Shown here: positions 12,751 to 27,645 of the stretch, piece by piece
How positions within the stretch are numbered: the stretch's first letter is position 1
Layout of the letters: each line of letters opens with the position of its first letter
NCBI GenBank assembly: GCA_009914755.4
Contig: CP068257.2
Span: forward strand, 8,320,001-8,384,000
Source: the human T2T-CHM13v2.0 reference genome, Homo sapiens
Reading direction: 5' to 3'
Length of the DNA: 64,000 bases
Translations under genes and position numbers: made by a program
The notes under the pieces: model-generated
Database searches by the model: none
Told to the model about the DNA's origin: nothing
Seen by the model: only the letters and a program-made list of their open reading frames with translations

Positions 12751-15700
12751 CCGCAAGTGGATATTTGGAGCTTCTTGCGGCCTATGTTAGAAAATTAAAT
12801 ACTCTCACCTAAAATCTATACAGAAGCTATCTGAGAAATTTGTTTGTGATGTGTGCATTCATCTCAAAGAGTTGAACATTTCTTTTGATTGAGCAGTTTC
12901 AAAACATTCTTTTTGTAGAATCTGCAAGTGGACATTTGGAGGGCTTTGTGGCCTATGGTAGAAAAGGAAATATCTTAACATAAAATCTAGACAGAAGCAA
13001 TCTGAGAAACTTCTTTGTGATGTGTGCGTTCATCTCACAGAGTTGATCTTTTTTTTGATGGAGCAGATTTGGAACTCTCTTTTTGTAGTATCTGCAAGTG
13101 GAAAATGAGAGTGCCCTGTGACCTATTGTGGAAAATAAATTATCTTCACTTAAATACTACACAGGAGAATTATGAGAAACTTCTTTGTGATGCGTGTGTT
13201 CATCTCACTGAGTTGAATCTTTTTTTGATTGAGCAGTGTGGAAACACTCTTTTTGTTGAATCTGCAAGTGGACATTTGGAGTACTTTGTGGCATATGGTA
13301 GAAAAAGAAATATCCTCACATAAAATCTATACAGAAGCAATCTGTGAAACTTCTTTGTAATGTGTGCATTCATCTCACAGAGTTAAAAATTTCTTTTGAT
13401 AGAGCAGTTTTGAAACTCTCTTTTGTAGAATCTGCAAGTGAACATTTGGAGCACTTAAAGGCCTATGGTGGAAAAGGAAATATCTTCACATAAAAACTAG
13501 ACAGAAGAATTCCGAGAAACTTCTTTGTGATGTGTGTCTTCACCTTACAGATTTGAACCTTTCTTTTGATTGAGCAGTTTGGAAACACTATTTTGTAGAA
13601 TCTGCAAGTGGATATTTGGAGCGCTTTGCGGCCTAAGGTAGAAAAGGAAATATCTTTACATAAAATCTAGAGAGAAGCAGTCTGAGAAACTTATTTGTGA
13701 TGTGTGCATTCACCTCACAGAGTTAAACCTTCCTTTTGATTGAGAAGTCTTTAACTCTCTTTTTGAAGGATCTGCAAGTGGACATTTGTAGCACTTTGTG
13801 GCTGACGTTAGAAAAGGAAATATCTTCACATAAAATCTAGACAGAAGCAATCTTAGAAACTTCTTTGTGATGTGTGCATTCATCTCACAGAGTTAACTCT
13901 CTCTTTGGTTTGAGCAGTTCTGAAACTCTCTTTTGTTGAATCTGCAAGATGACATTTGGGACGCTTTGACGCCAATAGTGGAAAAGGAAATATCTTCACA
14001 TAAAAACTAGATAGAAGCATTCTGAGAAACATTTTGTGATATGCGCATTCATCTCCCAGAGAAGAACATTTCCGTTGATGGACCAGTTTTGAAACGCTCT
14101 TTCTGTAGAATCTGCAAGTGGACATTTCAAGCGCCTTGAGGCCTGTGGTGGAAAAGGAAATATCTTCACATAAAAACTAGACAGAAGAATTCTGAGAAAC
14201 TTCTTCATGATGTGTGTGTTCATCTCACAGAGTTGAACCTTTCTTTTGATTTAGCAGTATGGAAACACTCTTTTTGTATAATTTGTAAGTGGATATTTGG
14301 AGATCGTTGTGGCCAATGGCAGAAAATTAAATATCTTCACATAAAATCTAGACAGAAGTAATCTCAAAATCTTCTTTGTGATGTGTGCATTCACCTCAAA
14401 GAGGTAAACCTTTCTTTTGATTGAGGAGTTTGAAAATCTTTTTGTAGAATCTGCAAGTGGATATTTGGAAAAGGAAATATCCTCACATAAATACTAGGCA
14501 GATGTATACAGATAAATATCTTTGTGATGTCTGCGTTCATCTCATAGAGGTAAAACTTTCTTTTGACTGAGCAGTTTGGAAGCAAACTTTTTTGAGAATC
14601 TACAAGTGGACATTTTGTGCACTTTGCGGCCTATTGTAGAAAAGGAAATATCTTCACATAAAATCTAGATAGAAGTAACCTGAGCAATTTCTTTGTGATG
14701 TGTGCATTTATCTCACAGAGTTGAATCTTTCCTTTGATTGAGCAATTTGGAAACAATCTTTTTGTAGGATCTGCATGTGGACATTAGGAGCGCTTTGCGG
14801 CCTATGGTAGAAAAGGAAATATCTTCACATAAAATCTAGACAGAAGCAATCTGAAAATCTTCTTTGTGTTGTGTGCATTCATCTCACAGAGTTAAAACTT
14901 TTCTTTTGATAGATTAGTTTTGAAACTGTCCTTTTATAGAATCTGCAAGTGGACATTTGGAGAGGTTTGAGATCTATTGTGGAAAAGGAAACATCTTCAC
15001 ATGAAAACTAGAGAGAAGAATTCTGAGAAACTACTTTGTGATGCGTGCGTTCATGCCAGAGTTGAATGTGTCTTTTGATGGAGCAGTTTGGAAACACTCT
15101 TTTTGTGGAAACTGCATGTAGACACTTGGAGCAATTCGCGGCCTATGGCAGAATAGGAAATATCTTCACATAAAATCTAGACAGAACAAATCTGAGAAAC
15201 TTCTTTCTGATGTGTGCATTCATTTCAGAGAGTTAAACCTTTTCTTTTGATTGAGGTGTTTTGAAACTCTGTTTGTAGAATCTGCAAGTGGACATTTTGA
15301 GCGATTTCAGGCCTATAGTGGGAAAGGAAATATCTCCACATAAAAACTAGACAGAAGAATTCTTAGAAACTTCTTCATGATGTGGGTGTTCATCTCACAG
15401 AGTTGAAGCTTTCTTTTGTTGAGCAACGTGGAAACATTCTTTTTGTAGAATCTGCAAGTGCACATTTGGAACGCTTTGCGGCCTGTGGTAGAAAAGGAAA
15501 TATCTTCACATAAAATCTAGATGGAAGTAATCTGAGAAACCTCTTTGTGATATGTGCACTCATCTCACAGAGTTTAACCACTCTTTTGTTTAAGGAGTTT
15601 TGAAACTCTTTTTGTAGAATCTGCAAGTGGACGTATTGAGTGCTTTGAGGCCTATGGTGGAAAAGGAAATATCTTCACATAAAAACTAGAAAGAAGAGCT

Positions 15701-18079
15701 CTGAGACAGTACTTTATGATGTGTGCATTCATCTCACAGAGTTGAACCTTTCTTTTGATTGAGTAGTTTGGAAACACTCTTTTTGTAGAATCTACAAGTG
15801 GACATCTGGAGCACTTTGCAGCCTGTGGTAGAAAAGGAAATATCTTCACATAAAAACTAGACAGAATATTTCTGAGAAACTTCTTTGTGTTGTGTGCATT
15901 CAACTCACAGAGGTAAATCTTTCTTTTGATTGAGCAGTTTTGAAACTCTCTTTTTGTAGAATCTGTAAGTGGACACTTGGAGTGATTTGAGACCTGTGGT
16001 GGAAAAGGAAATATTTTCACATAAAAACTAGAAAGAAGTATTCTGAGAAACTTTTTGTTATGTGTGCATTTATCTCCCAGAGTTGAACCTTTCTTTTGAA
16101 GGACCAATTACGAAATACTATCTTTGCAGAATCTGCAAGTGGATATTTCGAGAACCTTGAGGCCTATGGTAGAAAAAGGAATATCTTCACATAAAAACTA
16201 GACAGAAGAATTCAGAGAAACTTCTTTGTGATGTATGCGTTCATATCACAGAGTTGAACCTTTCTTTTGATGGTGCAGTTTGGAAACACTCTTTATGTAG
16301 GATCTGAAAGTGGACATTGGGAGCGCTCTGCGGCCTATGGTAGAAAAGGAAATATCGTCATATAAAATCTAAACAGAAGCAGTCTGAGAAACTTCTTGGT
16401 GATGTGGGCATTCATCTCACAGAGGTAAACTTTTTTTTTGATTGAGCAGTTTTGAAACACTCTTTTTGTAGAATCTGCAAGTGAACTTTTGGAGCACTTT
16501 GATGCCTATGGTGGGAAGTTAATATCTTCACATAAAACTGGACAGAAGAATTCTGAGAAACTTCTTTGTGATGTGGGGGTTCATCTCACGTAGTTGTACC
16601 TTTATTTTGATTAAGCAGTTTGGAAACACTCTTTTTTTAGAATCTGCAAGTGGACAATTGGAGCGATTTGCAGCCTATGGTAGAAAAAGGAAATATCTTC
16701 ACATGAAATCTAGACAGAAGCAACCTGAGAAACTACATTGTGATGTGTGCATGCATCTCAGAGAGTTAAACCTTTCTTTTGATTGAGCAGTTTTTAAACT
16801 CTCTTTTTGTAGGATCTGCAATTCGACATCTGGAGCGCTTTGACGCCTATGGTGGAAAAGGAAATATCTTCACAAAAAACTAGACAGAATAATTCTGAGA
16901 AACTACTTTGTGATGTGTGCATTCATCTCACAGAGTTGAACTTTTCTTTTGATTGAGCAGTTTTGAAACACTATTTTTGTAGAATCTGCAAGGGAAATTT
17001 GAAGCGCTTAGAGGCCTATGTTTGAAAAGGAAATGTCTTCACATAAAAACTACATAGAATCATTCTGAGACCTTCTTAGTGATGTGTGCATTCATCTCCC
17101 AGAGTTGAAACTTTCTTTTGATGGACCAGTTTGGAAATAGTTTTTTGTAGAGTCTGCATGTGGACGTTTCGAGCGCCTTGAGGCCTATGGTGGAAAATGA
17201 AATTTCTACACATAAAAACTAGACAGAAGAATTCTGAGAAACGTCTTTGGAATGTGTGTGTTCATCTCACAGAGTTGAACACTTCTTTTGATTGAGCAGT
17301 TTGGAAACACTCATTTTGTAGAATCTGCAAGTGGAGATTTGGAGCGCTTTGCGGCCTATGGTAGAAAAGGAAATATCTTCACATAAAATCTAGACAGAAG
17401 CAATCTGAGAAACTTCTTTGTGATGAGTACATTCATCTCACAGAGTTAAACCTTACTTTAGATTGAGCAGTTTTGAAAATCTCTTTTTGCAGAATCTGCA
17501 AGTGGACATTTGGAGCGCTTTGAGGCCTACGGTCTAAAAAGAAATACCTTTATATGAAAACAAGATAGAAGAATTCTGAGAAACTTCTTTGTGATGTGTG
17601 CATTCATCTCACAGAGTTGAAACTTTCTTTTGATTCAGCAGTTTGGAAACACTCTTTTTGTAGAATCTGCAAGTGGACATTTGGAACGCTTTGGGGCCCA
17701 TGGTGGAAATGGAAATATCTTCACATAAACACTAGGCAGAAGAATTCTGAGAAACTTCTTTGTGATGTCTGCATTCAATTGACAGAGTTGAATCTTTCCT
17801 TTGATTTGAGCAGTTTGGAAACACTCTTTTTATAGAATCTACTTTTGGACATTTGGAGCGCTTTGTGGCCTATGTTAGAAAAGGAAATATCTTCACATAA
17901 AATCTAGACAAAAGCAATCTGAGAAACTTCCTTGTGATGAGTGCATTCATCTCATAGAGTTAAACCCTTCTTTTGACTAAGCAGTTTTGAAACTCTCCTT
18001 TTGTAGAATCTGGAAGTGGACATTTAGAGCACTTTGAGGCCTATTGGGGAAAAGGGAATATCTTCACATAAATACTAGA

Positions 18080-18760
18080 CAGAAGAATTCTGAGAAACTT
18101 TTTGTGATGTGCGCATTACCTCACAGAGTTGAACCTTTCTTTTGATTGAGCAGTTTGGAAACACTCTTTTTGTAGACTCTGCACGTAGATATTTGGAGCA
18201 CCTTGTGGCCCATGTTAGAAAAGGAAATATCCTCACATAAAATCTAGACAGAAGCAATCTGAGAAAGTTCTTTGTGATGTGTGCATTCATAACACAGAGG
18301 TAAACCTTTCTTTTGATTGAACAGTTTTGAAACTCTCTTTTTGTAGAATCTGCAAGTGGACATTTACAGTGCTTTGAGGCCTACTGTGGAAAAGGAAATA
18401 TCTTCACATAAATACTAGACAGAACAATTCTGAGAAACTTCTTTGTGATGTGTGCATTACCTCACAGAGTTGCACTTTTCTTTTGATTGAGCAGTTTGGA
18501 AACACTCTATTTGTAGAATCTGCAAGTGGACATTTGGAGCACCTTGCGGCCATGTTAGAAAGGGAAGTATCTTCACATAAAATCTAGACAGAAGCAATCT
18601 GAGAAAGTTCTTTGTGATGTGTGCATTCATAACACAGAGGTAAACCTTTCTTTTGATTGAACAGTTTTGAAACTCTCTTTTTGTAGAATCTGCAAGTGGA
18701 CATTTGAAGAGCTTTGAGGACTATGGTGGAAAAGGAAATATCTTCACATAAAAACTAGAC
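18080..18760 (+). repeat. Near-identical tandem duplication of a ~340-bp dimer unit, two copies.
   Basis: The string aatctagacagaagcaatctgagaaagttctttgtgatgtgtgcattcataacacagaggtaaacctttcttttgattgaacagttttgaaactctctttttgtagaatctgcaagtggacattt recurs ~340 bp apart with very few differences. Confidence 0.8.
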
Positions 18761-18904
18761 AGAAAAATTCTGAGAAACTTCTTTGTTATGTGTACATTCA
18801 TCTCACCGAGTTGAATCTTTCTTTTGATACAGCAGTTTGGAAACACTCTTTTTATAGATTCTGCTAGCAGACATTTGAGCACTTTGCAGCATATGGTAGA
18901 AAAG

Positions 18905-19575
18905 GTAATATCTTCACATAAAATCTAGACAGAAGCAATCTGAGAAACTTCTTTGTGATGTGTTCCTTCAACTCAAGGAGTTAAACATTTCTTTTGGTTG
19001 AGGAGTTTTGAAACTCTCTTTTTGTCAAATCTGCAAGTGAACATTTGGAGCGCTTTGGGGCACATGGTGGAAAAGGAAATATCTTCACATAAAAAATAGG
19101 CAGAAGAATTCTGAGAAACTTCTTTGTGATGTGTGCGTTCATTTCACAGAGTTGAATCTTTCCTTTGAGCAGTTTGGAAACACTTTTTATAGAATCTACT
19201 TTTGGACATTTGGAGCGCCTTGCGGCCTATGGTAGAAAAGGAAATATCTTCACATAAAATCTAGACAAAAGCAATCTGAGAAACTTCTTTGTGATGTGTT
19301 CCTTCAACTCAAGGAGTTAAACATTTCTTTTGGTTGAGGAGTTTTGAAACTCTCTTTTTGTCGAATCTGCAAGTGAACATTTGGAGCGCTTTGGGGCACA
19401 TGGTGGAAAAGGAAATATCTTCACATAAAAAATAGGCAGAAGAATTCTGAGAAACTTCTTTGTGATGTGTGCGTTCATTTCACAGAGTTGAATCTTTCCT
19501 TTGAGCAGGTGGAAACACTTTTTATAGAATCTACTTTTGGACATTTGGAGCGCCTTGCAGCCTATGGTAGAAAAG
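18905..19575 (+). repeat. Near-identical tandem duplication of a ~335-bp dimer unit, two copies. It lies immediately left of the strand-switch junction at 19643/19644.
   Basis: The string gtgttccttcaactcaaggagttaaacatttcttttggttgaggagttttgaaactctctttttgtc[a/g]aatctgcaagtgaacatttggagcgctttggggcacatggtggaaaaggaaatatcttcacataaaaaataggcagaagaattctgag recurs ~335 bp apart. Confidence 0.85.
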
Positions 19576-19639
19576 GAAATATCTTCACATAAAATCTAGA
19601 CAAAAGCAATCTGAGAAACTTCTTTGTGATGTGTGCATT

Positions 19640-19648
19640 CATCCATAG
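19640..19648. other. Alpha-satellite strand-switch (inversion) junction.
   Basis: Forward monomer text ...gatgtgtgcattcatc is followed abruptly by catagattttatgtgaatatatttc, the reverse complement of gaaatatattcacataaaatctatg. The two sides are out of monomer phase by ~45 bp. Confidence 0.9.
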
Positions 19649-21605
19649 ATTTTATGTGAATATATTTCTTTTTCTAGCATAGGCCACAAGCACTCCAAAT
19701 GTCCACTTGCAGATTCTACAAAAAGATTTTTTCCAAACAGCTCAATCAAAGAAAGATCCAACTCTGTGAGATGAATGCACACATCACAAAGAAGTTTCTC
19801 AGATGGCTTCTGTCCAGATTTTATGTCCAGATATTTCCAGTTCTACCACAGGCTTCAAATCACTCCAAATGTCCACTTGTAGATTCTACAAAAAGAGTGC
19901 TTTCAAACTGCATAATCAAAGGAAAGCTTCAGCTCTGTGAGATGAATGCATACCTCACAAAGAAGTTTTACAAAATTCTTCTGTCTGGTTTTTATGTGAA
20001 GATGCTTCCTCCTCCGCCATAGGCCTCAAGCACTACAAATGTCCACTTGCAGATTCTACAAAAAGAGAGCTTCAAAACTGCTCAATCAAAAGAAATGTTT
20101 AACTCTGTGAGATGAATGCACGCATCACAAAGAAGTTTCTCAGATTTCTTCTGTCTATATTTTATGTGAAGATAATTCCTTTTTGACCATAGGCTGCAAA
20201 GCTCTCCAAATGTCCACTTTCAGATTCTGAAAAAAGAGTGTTTCCAAACTGTTCAATCAAAAGAAATGTTCAACTCTGTGAGATGAATACACACATCACA
20301 AATAAGTTTTTCAGAATTCTTCTGTCTAGTTTTTATGTGAAGATACTTTCTTTTCCACCGTAGGCCTCAAAGCACTACAAGTGTCCACTTGCAGATTCTA
20401 CAAAAAGACTGTTCCAAAACTGCTCAAACTAAAGAAAGGTTTAACTCTGTGAGATGAATGCACACATCACAAAGAAGTTTCTCAGATTGCTTCTTGTAGA
20501 TTACATGTGAAGTTAATTCCTTTTCACCATAGGCCACAAAGCACTCAAAAAGTCCACTTGCAGATAATACAAGAGAGTTTCAAAACTGCTCAATCAAAAG
20601 AAAGGTTTAACTCTGTGAGATGAATGCACACATCACAAAGAAATTTCCAAGATTGCTTCTGTCTATATTTTATGTGAAGATATTTCCTTTTCTATCATAG
20701 GCCTCAAAGTGCTCCAAATGTCCACTTGCAGATTCTACAAAAAGAGGGTTTCCACACTGCTAAATTAAAAGTAAGGTTCAACTCTGTGAGATGAGTGCAC
20801 ACATTACAAAGAAGTTTCTCAGAATGCTTCTTTCTCTTTATTATACGAAGATATTTCGTTATCCACCACAGGCCTCAAAGACCTCCAAATGTCCACTTGC
20901 AGATTCTACAAAGAGAGTGTTTCAAAACTGCTCAATCAAAAGTAACGTTCAACTCTGTGAGATGAATGCACACATCACAAAGGTGTTTGTCAGAATGTGT
21001 CTGTCTAGATTTTATGTGAAGATATTTCCTTTTCTACCATAAGACTCAAAGCACTAGAAATGTCCACTTGCAGACTCCAGTAAAAGAGGTTTTCAAACCT
21101 GCTCAATCAAAATAAATGTTCAACTCTCTGAGATGAATGCACACATCACAAAGAAGTTTGTCAGAATGCTTCTGTGTAGTTCTTATGTGACGATATTTCC
21201 TTTTCCACCAAAGGCGTCAAAGCACTCCAAATGTCCAATCACAGATTTTACCAAAAGGGGGCTTCAAAACTGCTAAATCAAAAGTAAGGTTCAACTCTGT
21301 AGGATGAATGCACATATCACAAAGAAGGTTGTCAGAATGCTTCTGTCTAGTGTTTATGCGAAGATATTTCCTTTTTACCATAGGCCTAAAAGTGCGCAAA
21401 ATATCCACTTGCAGATTTTACAAAAAGAGTTCTTCCAAACTGCTAAATCAAAAGAAAGGTTCAACTCTGTGGGATGAATGCACACATCACAAAGAAGTTT
21501 CTTAGAATGCTTCTGTCTAGTTATTATATGAATATATTTTGTTATCCACCATAGGCCTCAAAGCTCTCCAAATGTCCACTTGCAGATTCTACAAAGAGAG
21601 TGTTC
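19644..21605 (-). repeat. Inverted alpha-satellite block, ~11.5 monomers of family-B type read on the complementary strand.
   Basis: Monomers read as ...ccaaatgtccacttgcagattctacaaaaagag...caactctgtgagatgaatgcacacatcacaaagaagtttctcaga..., the exact reverse complement of the family-B core. Confidence 0.93.
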
Positions 21606-22513
21606 TGGGAGAGGAACCAAGATGGCTGAATAGGAACAGCTCCGGACTACAGCACCCTGTGTGAGCAACGCAGAAGACGGGTGATTTCTGCATTTCCATC
21701 TGAGGTAACGGGTTCATCTCACTAGTGAGTGCCAGACAGTGGGAGCAGGTCAGTGGGTGCGCGCACCGTGCAGGAGCCAAAGCAGGGTGAGGCATTGCCT
21801 CACTCGGGAAGGACTAGGGGTCAGGGAGTTCCCTTTCCTAGTCAAAGAAATGGGTGACATACGGCACCGAGAATTCAGGTCACTCCCACCCGAATACTGC
21901 GCTTTTCCCATGGGCTTAAAAAATGCCACACGAAGAGATTATATCCCGCACCTGGCTTGGAGGGTCCTACGCCTACGGAGTCTCACTGATTGCTAGCACA
22001 GCTGTCTGAGATCAAACTGCAAGGAGGCAGTGAGGCTAGGGGAGGGGCGCCCGCCATTGCCCAGGCTTGCTAAGGTAAACAAAGCAGCTGGGAAGCTCGA
22101 AATGGGTGGAGCCCACCTCAGCTCAAGGAGGCCTGCCTGCCTCTGTAGGCTCCACCTCTGGGGGCAGGACACAGACAAACAAAAAGTCAGCAGTAACCTC
22201 TGCAGACGTAAATGTCCCTGTCTGACAGCTTTGAAGAGAGCAGTGGTTCTCCCAGCACGCAGCTGGAGATCTAAGCATGGGCAGACTGTCTCCTCAACTG
22301 GGGCCCTGACCCCTGACCCCTGAGCAGCCTAACTGGGAGGCACCCACCCAGCAGGGGCAGACTGACACCTCACATGGCCAGGTACTTCAACAGACGTGCA
22401 GCTGAGGGTCCTGTTTGTTAGAAGGAAAACTAACAAACAGAAAGGACATCCACAGCAAAAACCCATCAGTACCTCACCATCATCAAAGACCAAAAGTAGA
22501 TAAAACCACAAAG
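21606..22513 (+). promoter_or_regulatory. L1 5'UTR, ~908 bp, GC- and CpG-rich, containing the internal Pol II promoter region. A YY1-type core (caagatggc) sits at ~21618-21626.
   Basis: Sequence matches the L1 5'UTR as I recall it. Composition contrasts sharply with the flanking AT-rich satellite. Promoter activity is inferred from the family, not shown. Confidence 0.7.
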
Positions 22514-23530
22514 ATGGGGAAAAAACAGAGCAGAAAAACTGGAAACTCTAAAAAGCAGAGCGCCTCTCCTCCTCCAAAGGAATGCAGTTCCTCACCAGCA
22601 ATGGAACAAAGCTGGATGGAGAATGACTTTGACTAGCTGAGAGAAGAAGGCTTCAGATGATTAAATTACTCTGAGCTACAGGAGGACATTCAAACCAAAG
22701 ACAAAGAAGTTGAAAACGTTGAAAAAAATTTAGAAGGTTGTATAACTAGAATAACCAACACAGAGAAGTGCTTAAAGGAGCTGATGGAGCTGAAAGCCAA
22801 GGCTCGAGAAGTACATGAAGAATGCAGAAGGCTTAGGAGCTGATGTGATCAACTGGAAGAAAGGGTATCAGCAATGGAAGATGAAGTGGATGAAATGAAG
22901 CAAGAAAGGAAATTTAGAGAAAAAAGAATAAAAAGAAATGAACAAAGCCTCCAAGAAATATGGGACTATGTGAAAAGACCAAATCTATGTCTGATTGGTG
23001 TACCTGAAAGGGATGGGGAGAATGGAACCAAGTTGGAAAACACTCTGCAGGATATTATCCAGGAGAACTTCCCCAATCTAGCAAGGCAGGCCAACATTCA
23101 GATTCAGAAAATACAGAGAATGCCACAAAGATACTCCTCGAGAAGAGCAACTCCAAGACACATAATTGTCAGATTCACCAAAGTTGAAATGAAGGAAAAA
23201 ATGTTAAGGGCAGCCAAAGAGAAAGGTCGGGTTACCCTCAAAGGGAAGCCCATTAGACTAAGAGCAGATCCCTCAGCAGAAACTCAATAAGCCAGAAGAG
23301 AGTGGGGGCCAATATTCAACATTCTTAAAGAAAAGAATTTTCAACCCAGAATTTCATATCCAGACAAACTAAGCTTCATAAGCAAAGGAAAAATAAAATA
23401 CTTTACAGACAAGCAAATGCTGAGAGATTTTGTCACCACCAGGCCTGCCCTAAGAGAGCTCCTGAAGGAAGCACTAAATATGGAGAGGAACAACCGATAC
23501 CAGCCACGGCAAAATCATGCCAAATTGTAA
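22514..23530 (+). pseudogene. L1 ORF1 (ORF1p, RNA-binding chaperone) remnant. Frame and length are preserved (1017 nt, 338 codons plus stop). It is interrupted by in-frame stop codons at 22634-22636 (tag), 22658-22660 (tga) and 23288-23290 (taa).
   Basis: ATG at 22514 in context aagatggggaaaaaacagagcagaaaaactgg. Track ORFs 22415..22636 and 22874..23290 translate to ORF1p-like sequence (MGKKQSRKTGNSKKQSASPPPKE...; ...VRFTKVEMKEKMLRAAKEKGRVTLKGKPIRL). The native stop is at 23528-23530, after ...QNHAKL. Confidence 0.88.
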
Positions 23531-23590
23531 AGACCATCATGACTAGGAAGAACCTGCACCAACTAACAAGCAAAATAACCAGCTAACATC

Positions 23591-27410
<3,820 letters not shown>

Positions 27411-27645
27411 AGCAATGAGAACACATGGACACAGGAAGGGGAACATCACACTCTGGGGACGGATGTGGGGTAGGGGGAGGGGGGAGGGATAGCATTAGGA
27501 GATATACCTAATGCTAAATGACGAGTCAATGGGCTCAGCACACCAACATGGCACATGTACACATATGTAACAAACCTGCACAATGTGCACATGTACCCTA
27601 AAACTTAAAGTATCATAATAATACAATAAAATAAATTAAAACAAA

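Larger units (their letters stand above)
12751..19643 (+). repeat. Alpha-satellite array, variant family B, largely dimeric (~340 bp). One monomer type has ggtagaaaagg...aaaatctagacagaagcaatctgag...gtttggaaacactc...gtggacatttggagcgctttgcggcc. It alternates with a type that has ggtggaaaagg...aaaaactagacagaagaattctgag...gttttgaaactctc...ctttgaggcc.
   Basis: The diagnostic strings ctagacagaag and gtggacatttgg appear from ~12770 onward. Spot-checked spacing of the ctttgcggcctatggtagaaaagg motif is mostly ~340 bp, with occasional 170-bp steps. Confidence 0.85.

Noticed and set aside
21589-22511. Small ORFs on both strands within the L1 5'UTR (21589..21795 -, 21739..21996 +, 21993..22178 -, 22030..22323 +, 22329..22511 -), including the possibility of the primate antisense ORF0.
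   Set aside because: The GC-rich UTR throws up random ORFs. I cannot match any of them to ORF0 from memory. The expected ORF0 position, roughly L1 nt 240-450 on the antisense strand, has no 60-aa-or-longer ORF in the track. I therefore make no call.
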